Position numbers and translations under genes: made by a program. DNA of 63,889 nucleotides, counting the filler, from Circinaria calcarea (Eukaryota), in assembly GCA_051942165.1 (NCBI GenBank). It is 10 parts of 10 records of this genome, joined end to end, with 100 filler letters (N's around TTAATTAATTAA, not from the genome) between each part and the next. Parts side by side here need not be neighbours in the genome. Positions count along the whole stretch, not along the records: positions 44,850 to 51,133 come from JAVECS010001617.1; positions 51,234 to 57,513 come from JAVECS010001618.1; positions 57,614 to 63,889 come from JAVECS010001619.1; 7 more parts are not named here. One strand, 5' to 3'. Of this stretch, positions 48,495 to 60,938 are shown piece after piece (the first letter of the stretch is position 1; each line of letters begins with the position of its first letter). The notes beneath the pieces were generated by a model that was not told the DNA's origin, searched no databases, and saw only the letters and a list, made by a program, of their open reading frames with translations.

Positions 48495-50792
48495 ATGGCC
48501 ACTTATCAGCATGCAGGTATTCATGGGCAACCGCCTCATCTAACTACAGATAAACCCGGTCCCAAGATATCTGGTATATCTGACGTTGGAGGATGGCTGG
48601 ACCAACTCCCTAATATGTCCTGGCATCATAGCAACGGATTTGTCGATGACTTAATCTGCTTAATCATTACGCGCTTCCAGGAACTGTTTCCTGCTGCTGA
48701 TTTAAGTGACCGAGGTGCTCTACAAGAACAGGCAAGAAGATTGAAACTCTGGAAAGACGGGAAAGACGTCCTTGATTCAAAACTTGGTAACAGCCGAGAT
48801 TTAACATCTCAAGTTATTGATAACTTGATACACCTTACACAAGTTCAGGTCCAAAGTAAGATATCTGCTTTACTATTATATAATCCTAAATAACTTTTAA
48901 CAAGCACTGGTGTACCGTCAACCTTCGCTAGAGCAGGGTCTCATTGATAAACTCGATCAAACTATCGAGCAGGCGTCACAGATTACGGGCACCAGCTCAA
49001 ATGCAAGGAGACGCTGCTTAAAACCGAGCTCAGATTACTCTGCTGGCTCACTAACAGCCGAGGTTGATCAGATTACCAAGATTATCGATAACCTTTACAA
49101 CATATCTTCAGCTGTAGATCGCCTTTCTGAAACCAACGACAGCAATGAATCAAAGCGTCTTCAAAATGGTGGAATAGACAGTTATATCGACCGCTCCATA
49201 CCCTTCCTATGTATTATCGAACAGACTTACCCCCTCGCATGCAGGTCGACCTCCAGAAGACTTGCCGAAGCCATGTGGCAGCAGATACGACGTTTCCGGT
49301 ACCCTTCTGCTACACTCAGCGGCCACCCGATGTCTCAGAATAACGTCAACCTTGAACATATCTCAGACAACAATTATTCAGAACCTTGCGACGAGGAAAA
49401 TCATCTCAGTTCATCTGACAGTGAAACCGTCCATTCCAGCTCTGTATTTAGTCGGCCTTATAGCTACGACGACACTCTAACTGATATTCCAGCATCTAGC
49501 TCTGAGAGATTGGCCGGCGGGGGCTTTACTGAATACAATCACCCAAATGCTCCTGATATCGGACAGGCGCTTTGCCCTGTTTGCGATGTTAAACAGTCAA
49601 TGTTGGGAACAGATGTAGATATGAAGTAAGTTGGGTGAATCTTATGGTTTCAGTTCGTCAGTGGTGCCCATAGCTTATCAAAGATTAGGAAGCACATACT
49701 AGATCACTTTCGGCCATACACTTGCACCTCCACCAACTGCCAAGACGGCCTTCCATCTTTTAGTTCATGGGAGAAATGGATGGATCACGAGTTCTCAGAA
49801 CATCATATCCAGTATAAATGGGAATCTCAGTATTGTCATTCTATTTTTGACCAGCCATCATCATTGCGCGATCACCTTATTCAAGCACATGAGATGAAAC
49901 CAGACAACATCTCAGGAAAGAAGTTTCTGAAGAGATCACGACGGAAACTGCTTTTACCTATACTGGATAAGCGATGCCCTTTTTGCCGTAACGGGGCCTT
50001 CACAACTCAGGAAAACTTCGCGCACCATGTCTGCAAGCATATGGAAGATATAGCCTCATCCATACTCTCTTCAAAATACCCAAGGCTTGAACTGAATAGA
50101 GCGAGTAGTCAGGGAAATTCAATCACACATACATCAGGATGCCTTCCACTATCGCCTACAAATCCCGGATATTACCAACGGCCGAACAGCCTTAATAGCG
50201 CTCAAGACTTTGTTCGTGATGTGTTTATGTGGAACGTAAACCGCGAAAAAAAGGTTCCATATTCCGCACTCTTCGATACCGGTTCAAACCAGTATAACTT
50301 CATGGTTCGTAACGACGCTTTGGAGCTGGGCTACGATATTATGTCTTCATCGGAAAAGATACAGCTTAAAGGTTTGAACAACCAAGAAATGAGGATAAAT
50401 GAATATGCAATACCTCGCTTCTATGTACTTGATGGCCGTAGAAAGCTATGGATCAAAAAGCCCCGTTTTTACCTGGTGGACGAGTTACCTGGAGGAGTTC
50501 AAATCTTGCTTGGACATGAATTCATCAGAGTACAAATGTGTAACTTTTGATGGATATTGGCTAGTCATTCATAAGGATAATCCCTCTAAAAGTACGTCAC
50601 TAATTTCAAACGGAGGCTGGTACAGTGTTAACCTCATATTTAGAGCTCAGCCCCGAGGAACAGATACGGTACGACGCTCAAAAACGTGACGGCAAACAGG
50701 ATCGAGAGCGAAGGCAGGATCTTATCAAAGCTCAGCGGGATCAGCCAAACAGGGAAAAAAGTGGTACACATAAGGCAAAGCCGGATACATAG
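48495..50792 (+). CDS. C2H2 zinc-finger protein fused to a C-terminal retropepsin-like aspartic protease domain; probable frameshift near 50528
   Basis: Introns 48856-48904 and 49626-49688 join in frame. Fingers CPVC..KHILDHFRPYTC..C..W.DHE..H, C..F...LRDHL..H and CPFC..HVCKHME. Protease motifs ALFDTGS and ILLGHEFI. As read the frame stops at 50550. A shifted frame plus intron 50592-50643 gives a charged tail ending at 50792. Confidence 0.65.
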
Positions 50793-51554
50793 CATCAAGA
50801 AATCGGTAGTATAGGAAGTTCGTATGTCAGACGGGCTTCCACGCTGATTTATAGATAGCGGACTCCTACTTCCACATCTCAAATTCGGGACGGTCTACCA
50901 AAATTCACGATAACGAGGCTATGGATGAAGGAAAAGGACTAAGGAGTTAGGAAAGCGATTGTTTATACAGGGCCGGAGCGTTTACTTAATACCCCTTTTG
51001 GAGTTTTGTTTATCACGTGTCATTAATGGTTGGAGACCATTGTAGAAATATTTGATACACATATAAATGCGAGTTTCTAGTACAGAACCTCTGCTCAAAT
51101 ATCGTTTTCGCTGGGCCAGTTGTTTAAATTAGGNNNNNNNNNNNNNNNNNNNNNNNNNNNNNNNNNNNNNNNNNNNNTTAATTAATTAANNNNNNNNNNN
51201 NNNNNNNNNNNNNNNNNNNNNNNNNNNNNNNNNGATTTGTGCACCTTACGGAGGCACAAGGTAGCCTACCCAACTCATCTTGAAACAGTCTTGTGAGCAG
51301 AAGAAGCTTTCCTTGCCCAAGTCTCGACATTTTGGGCACTGTAGCGATCCAGCCTCATTGGTACAATCAAGTCCGATGCACTGCTTCTGGGATACCGTTG
51401 CCGTCGCCATAGCCCTGATGGTACTTTTCGTAGACTATGTAAGATCTCGAGGGAAGCAAATATGTTCGATGTACGCTGAAATTCTGCCTTGAAGTGGTGT
51501 GGGTGTACCCGGTGCAAAAGATGAGCATTGAAGGGTCCTCGAGGTGAGTACAAC

Positions 51555-52174
51555 GAGTCTACAACATGCCACCCCCCATTTCTGAGGTAGCTGGCTTTCG
51601 CTTAAATTTTTGACATCTCGAAAAAATGCCACCCACGATCCGCTAATTATTAGCTCTGTATACTAAAAGGTACTAAGGATTTTAAAGTCAGCGATTTACG
51701 TAGCTAATCTTTAGCTTTTTGCACCGCCCAAGCACTGTATCTAAAATAAAAGGTGGAATAAAGTATTAATAGGGTCGAGTCCATTCTCTTCGGGCCGTGC
51801 GCAATATGTGAGTCACGTTATCTAAAATTGTACCTAAAATAAGAGATGAAATGGAGTATCAGCAAGGTCTCTTCTGGCAGTGGCGCAGCGTATGGTTTAG
51901 AGTATCTAAATTGGTATATAAAATAGTACCCAAAATGATATTTAAAATGATATGTAAATGGGTACCCAAAATGATACTTAAAATAATATGTAAAATGGTA
52001 CCCAAATTGATATATAAAATGATAGGTAGATAAACTGATTGCGCTAAGCCACGCTAAAATCGAATTCATATTAGCTTCACTTTGGGGTAGCTGACGTTCG
52101 CTTAAATTTTTATGCAAATTATGCAAGAAAAAAGCCAGCCACCCCAGAAATGGGGGGTGGCACGTTCCGGACTC
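51555..52174. mobile_element. 620-bp non-autonomous DNA transposon (Mutator- or hAT-type TSD)
   Basis: About 44-bp TIRs: GAGTCTACAACATGCCACCCCCCATTTCTGAGGTAGCTGGCTTT versus 52131-52174. Perfect 8-bp TSD AGTACAAC at 51547-51554 and 52175-52182. Confidence 0.85.
51908..52026. repeat. Degenerate 12-bp tandem repeat (about 10 units) inside the 620-bp element
   Basis: Units resembling AAATGGTACCCA, AAATGATATTTA and AAATGATATGTA with 12-bp periodicity. Confidence 0.8.
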
Positions 52175-52588
52175 AGTACAACTTTTGCTGGTGAGCTCCT
52201 CGGAAGATCTACAATTGGCGTGATCTGCCAACCTTATTTCGCCATCACAACCGCGCCCCGAACATGGAGGAAGCGTCTAGTGTCACAAAGTGAAGAATGA
52301 TCATTATTCAATAGAAGCCGAGATAGCGATGCTGAAATTCGGTCCACTGTAAGTAAAAAGCTTCCCCTAATAATTCCATACGTCCCCAAAAAAACTAGTT
52401 TCATCCCTATCGTAATCCGCAATACCCAACGCAACAGGTAGGTCAAACTAACTTATAACCTTTCTCTTGCTATGCATGAGTTCGCATGCTTTGCCCTACG
52501 CCAGATGAGCAAATGCGCCAACAATCGAGATATACTAGTTCCTGAAAGTATTGCCGGTTAGTTTAACAAATACACATCCACTCTTACA

Positions 52589-54457
52589 TCACCGCATAAA
52601 TCGCTCGATAGCTGCATCATCGTGGTCATCGGAGCGATCTCGAGAACTGTGGGCGAATCCTTTCCGCTCTTCCATTTCCATACCTGGGTCGTCGAGACTC
52701 GCATGTCCATGATCTCCTAAGCAGTAATTCCCTACCAGACAAATTGTCCATCAGTACCCGGCGTGGTAAGTTGAAGCAGGATGTAGATGTATTGACTAAC
52801 TTGTAGGATTCTTTCTGACCACATACGTGGAGACAGTAAAATTTACTACCTTCCAGAGCGCCTGAAGCAGTACAAGATCTGCCAGTAAGATTGAGAGGAA
52901 CAGCGAGCCACCGGATTTACGTTGAGGAACCTGGCAGAGATATTTGGCGAATATGACGGATGGTGTGATCTCGACCTTGCCTGTTTGGCTACCGTAAATA
53001 TCATAACTGGTTCGTGCTGGGCCTGGTTTCGCATTGGATTGCCCGTTGGAGACGATGGTTGTGATGTTTTTTGTGAAATGCTGCAAAATTTTGGTGTCGG
53101 AAAATATATTTTAGTCGAAGTTTGGCCAAGATCTGCCATGATTACAGAGTATAACGCTTTGGCAAGACTGTCAGCTGGGAGCCATATATTAGGATATATC
53201 CCGGTAGCGCTCCAACCAGTTATGTTGGGGACATCCGTGCCAGGAAAGATAATCTCAAAATCTCCAAGCCCTTCTTTGACAAATCGGTAATCCAAATCAA
53301 AGAAGTCAAGCCTGCTGATGTCCTGGATCATCTCATTCCGACTAAAGTCTGCACAAGCAAAGCATCAGCGATCAACGCCAAAGGTACGCACCGAATGACT
53401 TCAATGTATACGTACATATGGTGCCCTTTCTGATTGGTGTTTTCTTGTTGTTGATATCATCTCCTCGAATATCTTGCATTTGCATCGACAGCTGTGCCCA
53501 ATACGCTGATCTGGATCCAGTAAGCTTGGCCCTTTTTGCAAGTTTGTTCATTTGTGGAGGACAACCCACAGCATAGACTCTCCCCACCATAAAGCTGCAC
53601 TTGTTTTGCTGTTCGTCCTCAGGAACTTGAAGAGGCCTTGACCGTTGAAGCTAATACCTGCAGGTACGTAATTGTAGGTAGCTGTCAAGTTGATTATTGC
53701 AGAACCTGCTGCACCTGCCACGGTACATGTAGCAAATGCCTAGAGGGTATATCAGACCTCAGCTGACGGCGAGACTTAACAGAACACAATGAAGCTGGTG
53801 ACTTACGCGCGCTTCAGGACCCCATTGGTTCCAGCCATATTGTATTGCGGAACGGTCCTCAGCCTCCATATCGATATGAAGGACGTTAACCATGCAATCT
53901 TGTAGCGGGTTATTATAATATGTCAATGATGAAGGCAGGCTTTCATCCTTGTCACTTGAGGGTTGTCGAACATCCGTCAAAGTATATATAAGTCCGTATT
54001 TGTCAGTAAAGATGTCTGATACAAGATTAGTCGTAAGGCTGTATCTTCAACAGAACTGGATAACAAGTACTGCTGTTCACTGAAATATCCTGGGACTCGC
54101 AAATTGGGCGCGCCTTAGTCAATCCTCTTGTTAATTTTTCGGCGTGAAGTTTCTTAGGTTGTATAATAGCAGGCGTACCTTGCTAGTAAGATAGGTAGGT
54201 AAATTCTTGAACCATGGACCTTGCGTAACGGTGACATTTGGATTTGTTGAATACTCAGCGCTGGACAACAAGTCAGCTTTTCTGTCGTTCTTGCACATAT
54301 AAATTGACTTTGAGTACCTTAGATAGTATCCGTCCAGAATGAGGTTCAACATAGAGAAGAGAACGAGCGCGATAGTGCCCCCAATAATAATCGCAGGTGT
54401 GAACCATCGAAACGGATATGGTCTTGAGATATTGTAGCTGAGTAGGGACGAAGCCAT
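52589..54457 (-). CDS. Multi-exon hypothetical membrane protein with one frameshift
   Basis: N-terminal YNISRPYPFRWFTP + TM, LTYYNNPLQDC, LWWGES, LYSVIMADLGQ and YLCQVPQRKS..LFLSILLADLVLLQALW. Frame shifts in the A-run near 53109-53112. Confidence 0.7.
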
Positions 54458-55216
54458 TATTGCCCGAGTAGGGGGTCTGAGTATTGTTAGAGGTCAATAC
54501 TGGATAGAAATTTGTAGAAGGTATGTCAAGCTTTCTGATCTATGTAGATGTGGTACAAATTCTGAACAATGTGCTATCATTCCCCATGCCATAGCTCACT
54601 TGTAGCGCAGCAAGCCACAAAATGCACGGAGAGAAAGAGGACGGGGAAACCACCAGGCCACCAAAAGCAGCGCTAATGGGATTTGAACCCAATCTTGGTG
54701 ATATCTTTCGTACACGCACAGGCGCTCTCATGGGGTACAACAACTGAACACTTTTCATGCGGTGCAAGAGGCCAAAACGTGAATCTATTGGCTCCGACTA
54801 AGGACGCCATATCAAGGTTCCATGGTAAGCAAACGTAGGAGGATTTTGCTGCTTTCTGACGCGTTGGAATTGCTCCGCCACTGCATTAAGCCCGAAAGCG
54901 TGGAGGCCGAATGCAGAGTGAGGCTAGGTACTTTCAGAGATTTGGAGCAATCTCGGCCCCTTTAGAGGAGGAGAAATTTAGGAAGCTACGGCCTTATGAA
55001 GAGGAATCATAGCAGGCAGAGTGGCCTGCTTTGAATTGTCCTGTTGGAGACTTAAGCACCTTGTTATATTGTACGGAGTATTTGCAAGTGGTATTATTTT
55101 GTCCTCTGGGGAGTGATGGGACGAAACAAACCTACATACTCCGTGATACATAGTGCATTAGCGTGCCCGGGCGGGAAGATTGCAGATTGCCGATTGCCGA
55201 AGTTGAAAATAGATTA

Positions 55217-55493
55217 CAAAGGGGCCGGTTTTAAGTCTCCGCGCACGGGGACTCTGTGCCGAGGTAATTTGTATAGGCGTAATTCTAGTATACAACATGA
55301 AAAGTAGAACGAGTCATTGGATACATTGAGCGCATGCCTTCGATACTTGAAAAGACCATACAGCGTGAAGGCGAGAACAATTTTCATTGGTTGATTCATA
55401 TCGAATTTGAATATCAAACAAGTGGTGTTGCGATATTCGAATACCCAGCCATAATTTGGGTGCCTGTGCGGAGACTTAAAACCGGCCCCTTCG
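55217..55493 (+). mobile_element. 277-bp internally deleted Tc1/mariner element
   Basis: TA|CAAAGGGGCCGGTTTTAAGTCTCCGC ... GCGGAGACTTAAAACCGGCCCCTTCG|TA. Internal frame YIERMPSILEKTIQREGENNFH resembles the extreme C-terminus of fungal Tc1-like transposases. Confidence 0.82.
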
Positions 55494-55727
55494 TAGGTCA
55501 CCTGTATCTAAGCCTTGTGCTCTGTCCACTTAAGGATTCGGGTCGAGAGTACAATGGCGTATCGACCTGACTAAGCAATCCTCTTGGAAGAACCAATCAC
55601 AGCAAGGCGGGAAACATTAGTCCAAATGTACATATGGATAACCTATGGAAGGTTAAAATCGGGAACGACACCGTCCGACTATTGAGAGGTGACTACATTA
55701 TCCTATTAAACGGCACCCGATGAAGTG

Positions 55728-57513
55728 ATGGCAAGTAACAGGCAAAAGATTCTTGTTGTTGGTGCTGGACCGGTTGGTGCTCTGGCAGCTCTGTATGCCG
55801 CTGTTCGTGGGGACGACGTCGAGCTCTATGAGCTTCGGGGAGGCAGGTCAACTTTCTTTATACCTCTAGGCACGGAAGAAAGTCTGGTCCAATGCTGGTT
55901 CAAAACGAAGATATCATACGAGGTCATTTCTTTTGTTTCCAATCCTCTTACCTACTTGGAAATCCTGTCCAAAGATAAGACATAGTTCTGCAGAATAAGA
56001 TATGCACACAACATGCCCATATATCCAGCCGTCGTTCCTAGTTTGTCGTGGATGGACTCTGGTCTAGAAACTGGATGCTCTATTATTGACATCAGCCCAG
56101 CTTCTGTATTCTCACTAATCTATGTTCGAATAAAGACCTTCGAGACCCCTCAACTACCCCTTTGAACTTCACCAAATCCATCAACCTTGCTCTCTCAGAG
56201 CGCGGGATCAACTCCATGAGAAATGCCAAATGTGACGGCCTTATTGAAGCTGTGCTGGAGGAGACTATACCGATGTATGGCCGCATGATCCATGGGCGAA
56301 GGAAGGCTGGTGAACTCTATCAAGAGCCTCAAGCATACGATGTACATGGCCGAGTGAGTACCGACTTCCTTCAACAAGGAAACAAGAGGATTAAACGAGC
56401 ATAGTTCATTCGAGCCGTTGATCGTGCAGGTCTTAACAAACGTCTGCTCGACGCCCTGGAGAAAATGCCCAACGTAACTTTTCATTTCAACCACAAGCTC
56501 ACGGGTGCCGACTTCAACAAGAACATTGCCTGGTTCGAGCAGCGTTCCCATGCACCCAAAACTGACCATGCCCAAAATCCTACCCAGCCTTCCCTCAGCA
56601 AGTCCGACCAACACCGCGCAAAGGAAATCGAAGTTACCTTTGACTTCATGATTGGTGCCGACGGCGCCCATTCTGCAGTCCGCTACCACCTCATGAAATT
56701 CTCCCGCCTCAACTACCAACAAGAATACATCGACACCCTTTGGTGTGAATTCCATATTCCTCCTATCCCCCCTCTGGCGTCGTCCCCGGACCCTTCCCAC
56801 ACCTTCGCCATATCTCCTAATCACCTGCATATCTGGCCCGGCGGCTCCTTCATGTTCATCGCCATTCCATCCCTCGACCGGTCCTTCACCTGCACCCTCT
56901 TCGCCCCTTCCTCCACCTTCTCCTCACTCGAATCCTCCCCCACCACCACCCTCGCCATCTTCTTCGCCACCAATTTCCCCGGCGTCAGCCCCGAACTCAT
57001 CTCCCCGACCGATCTCCTCGACCAATTCACCAGCAACCCGCACCTACCCCTTATCAGCATCAAATGCACGCCCTACCACCACGCCTCTAGCGTCGTCATC
57101 CTCGGCGACGCCGCCCATGCCATGGTCCCCTTTTACGGCCAAGGCATGAACGCCGGCCTCGAAGATGTCCGCGTCCTCTTCGATTTTCTCGATGCCCACA
57201 ACGTCTACACCGCCCACTCGACTCTCGCCCAGCGTACCGCTCGCGCCGCTGCCCTGGAAGCCTACACGGCCCACCGCACGCCCGACGCCGCCGCCGTCAA
57301 CGATCTCGCACTGCGCAACTACACGGAAATGCGCGCAGGCGTCACGTCGCCGCTGTACAAGGTCCGCAAGACGCTCGAGGAGAGCGTAGATCGGTGGGTG
57401 CCGGCGCTCGGGTTCGCGACGCAGTACAGCCGGGTCAGCTTTGCGAACGAGCGGTATAGCGAAGTGGAGAGGGCGGTGAGGAGGCAGGGGAGGGTGCTGA
57501 TGGGGTTGTTGGG
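55728..57513 (+). CDS. BNA4: Kynurenine 3-monooxygenase (3' end truncated)
   Basis: [55 protein letters not shown] and [22 protein letters not shown]. Introns 55843-56135 (GC-AG) and about 56354-56404. Confidence 0.95.
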
Positions 57514-58935
57514 NNNNNNNNNNNNNNNNNNNNNNNNNNNNNNNNNNNNNNNNNNNNTTAATTAATTAANNNNNNNNNNNNNNNNNNNNNNNNNNNNNNN
57601 NNNNNNNNNNNNNTACCCATCCCATCCCCGTCCCTTACCATCATAGTACATCTCTCCTCTCTACTACCTTGCTCTCCTCCCTACTACTCTACTATGCTCT
57701 CATTCCTCAACGAGCCCCAGAGCTTGACTACATATATTCAACAATGAATGCAAATGTCACCGTCTCCTCGTCTCCTCCATCTCTCAACTCTACCTCCTCT
57801 CCTCTCTCTCCCAACTCCTCCAACGGGGTCTCAAAGACCAGCATAAAATTTCTCGATCAAACACACATGAAATGAAGGCAAAGCACAGTAGCCAACTTCA
57901 GATATTCTACGGTAGGACATCAACGGGGGATGCGGGTCGAGTGGGCGCGAAGGTAGGGGCACGAAGACGGAGAACATCGAGGATAAGGGGAATGACTAGC
58001 CCCCCAAGTGGGGATTTTTAGCAATTTCAGGGGTTTAGAGCTGGAGATGAATGATCAAGATCAAGATCGAAGTAAGGAGGGGGAATGCTTTGGAAGTCAG
58101 GTAGAGTTTGAAAGATACAACTGGCATCTAGCATCTTCCATCCGACTACCTTGAACCATAATCTTTTCTAAGTCATCAAATTCCCTATCTCATCCTCCTA
58201 CTCCTACTCCTACTCCTTTCCCACCTATCCTCTGCCCTTCTGCCACCCTCATAAGCGCGACAACTATGAAAAGGACTCGAAACCGAGAACCGAAAAGGAT
58301 AACCGCACAATCTACGCAGAAACACTTGGCTTATTATCATCGTCATCATGTTCATTATCAGATATTATCCAACTATTTCCAAATTCGATTTCAAGCACAA
58401 GCAAGTGGCATGAGCAAGAGCAAGAGCAAGAGCAACTTTTTCTTCCCACTTCCCCCTGTCGACCCCTCTCAAACCAGGGGACCACAAGGAGCACAGGGCA
58501 GTCTAAAATACAAACATCGAGTTGCCTCCCTTATCGGGTAAGCCCCTTAGCAGCTAAAAAGGACATGGCAAGACTCGAAGATAAAAAACAACAGAGGCCG
58601 TTAACAAAAAGTAATTTGGTGATGGTACAAAGCAAGAAAAAAGGTAATTAATGCTCAGGCCCTGCCTGGCAGATAGTGCGTGCTCTAGTCAACATTCCGG
58701 CAAAACAGAAGTAAAACGAGAAACGCTCTAAATGCCATGCGTGAACATCATCAATGCCAACTGCCCCAGCCCCAGCTCCCGCCTCCTTTCCTCCAGACAC
58801 AGCAAAAGGCCCCGAAATCGCACGCACATACCACTCAAGGTCTAAGATAGAACGACTAGATATGCAGAAACCACTGGACGGTGGTTTAAAAATATCAGAC
58901 ATTCGTAATCTTTGGACCGTACGATGGTTACGCTC

Positions 58936-60224
58936 TTAAGCGGCAGCAGTAGCAGGAGGGTCGTTGGCTTGTACGACACCGTTCTCCGTGAGTGGCTCGG
59001 TACCAGCAGCCTCACCATCGATATCTTCCTTGCCTGGGCTATCAATGGCAATCTTGACAGCGATTTCACGACCTTCAATCTCTTTTCCGTTCATTTCTTC
59101 CACTGCCTTATTTTGCATCTCCTCCGATTCAAGTGTGACGAATCCAAACCCACGACCTTTACGCGGCTCGTTGCGGGCTCGAAGCTTCTTGACCATGAAG
59201 GGCGGGATGGGTCGAAGCGCAATTTTCGCGGCAGAAGGATTGTATGGGGCAAATAACTCCTTAAGCTGTTGCTCTAATCAGTACCGGTGAAGGAGAAGCA
59301 AAGGTAATGTAAGATTCGTACCTTTTCCTCGCTTAAATCATAAGGAAGATTGGCGACCATGACCTTGTTCTTTGATGGAATGCCGTCTTCGGGAGGTCCA
59401 CGCTGCTTGGGTTGACGAGGAGCACGTGGCTTGGCTTCCTTTCCAGCATCCGTAGCCGGGGCGGCGGCTTCGTCAGCCTTCACCTCGTTAGTGGTATCCG
59501 TAAGCGGCAAAACCTGCTCAGGTAAATTGGTCGGAACATTAGTTGGAGCATCGCCATTAGTTTGGCGCTGTAGAACCACCAGATTAGCTCTCGCCAAAAT
59601 CTTCCGCATAAGAGAGAAGATGCTCTTACGCTACGACCTCCACGGCTGAATCGTCCGCCACGACCGCGACCACGTCCACGGCCACGACCCGAATTGCGAC
59701 GACGTCCACCTTCACCTCCGCTTACTCCTTCACCACCACTTGCAGCGGCTTCAGCTTTCTCAGCCGCGGTTTCTGGCTTTCGGGCAAGCTGGACAGAAAC
59801 TTTGCGTTCAAGGATTTCTTTTCCGGAAAGCTCAGAGATGGCACGCTGAGCTTCAGTGGCGGTGGACAGATCGACAAAAGCATACCCGACCGCACGGGTG
59901 GTACGCGGGTTAGTTGGGATGGACGTGGATTCTCTGGGTTCGCCCAGTCAGCCTCATATGTATATGGTGTCAAGCGGCTCGGATCGTCACTCACACAAGG
60001 TAGCCCTTGAAGAATTCCTTGAGATCCCCCTCAGTGGTCGCGTACGCCAAGTTGCCAATGTACAGACGACGTCCCTCAGCAACGATGGCGAGGACAGCTT
60101 CATTCTGAGCTGCGTTGATAGGTTCACCACCGGTCAGGTTGTTGGCTCCGGCATTCGGTTCGTTGAGATGCTCCTGAAGGTTGGTGTTGGCCAAAGTATT
60201 GGTGATATTCTCCACTGCAGACAT
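58936..60224 (-). CDS. Two-RRM RNA-binding protein with central RGG box (Sbp1/Rnp24-like)
   Basis: RLYIGNL, VGYAFVDL, GRGRGRGRGRGGR, VMVANLPYD and RKGRGFGFVTL. Multi-exon. Confidence 0.85.
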
Positions 60225-60938
60225 GTTGACTGGGGTGCTTGGGCAAAGGTGGAAGGATCTGCTTGAGGTTGTAGTGAAAGCGTATCTTGCTGCGAGATGA
60301 TCTTGATCGAGGGGGAAGGAATAGGGTAGCTACGTGCCCTAGATGAAGGTTGAAGAGGAGCTGAAGTGGAAAGTGATTGACTCGATGGACTTTGTCTTGA
60401 TGGATGAAGGCTTCCTTTTAAAAAGTGAAGAAGGGGCACATCAAAATTCACAATTCACTAGTAACGGCGGTGCTATGCCTGATCTGGCTTAGACTGGTTG
60501 AAAGCCGAAATCTTTTTTGTTTTCTCGGGAAGCGGAAGGGGCGAAGGCGGCAAACAAGCGACAGACGAGGCGACTTCATATATTCTTCGTGATTGCTTCA
60601 CTTCAGATTAGAGCAAATGCAGTTGGGTGTTGATTGGGGGCTTCATGTGTTGAGAGGATTCCTTGTCAGATTTCCTACAATGTATTTTGGGCAGTGCCTT
60701 TGTACCTGATACCTAATATGTATCGATATTCCATCACTTTCTTTGAAATTGTGTTAACTACCTTCCTACAATTTTTGTAAGATAAAAACTTTCGCGTCAA
60801 AGCAAACGCCACTCTACCCTTTTGTACATCTAATTGCAACATCTAATAATTGGTTCGCTTACCATTAATAAATCGTAACGCGAGAGTCCTCCTCGATCCT
60901 AACGAATTACTGGCGAATACGCCAGCGAACCCTCCACA

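Noticed and set aside
51818..52231. ORF with YHF/YQF repeats, or a CRISPR-like array
   Set aside because: It is the translation of the 12-bp minisatellite inside a DNA transposon. There are no unique spacers.
6322..57613. Regularly spaced TTAATTAATTAA motifs every ~6.4 kb
   Set aside because: Artificial all-frame-stop linkers inside N runs that join length-sorted contigs. ORFs containing X are artefacts.
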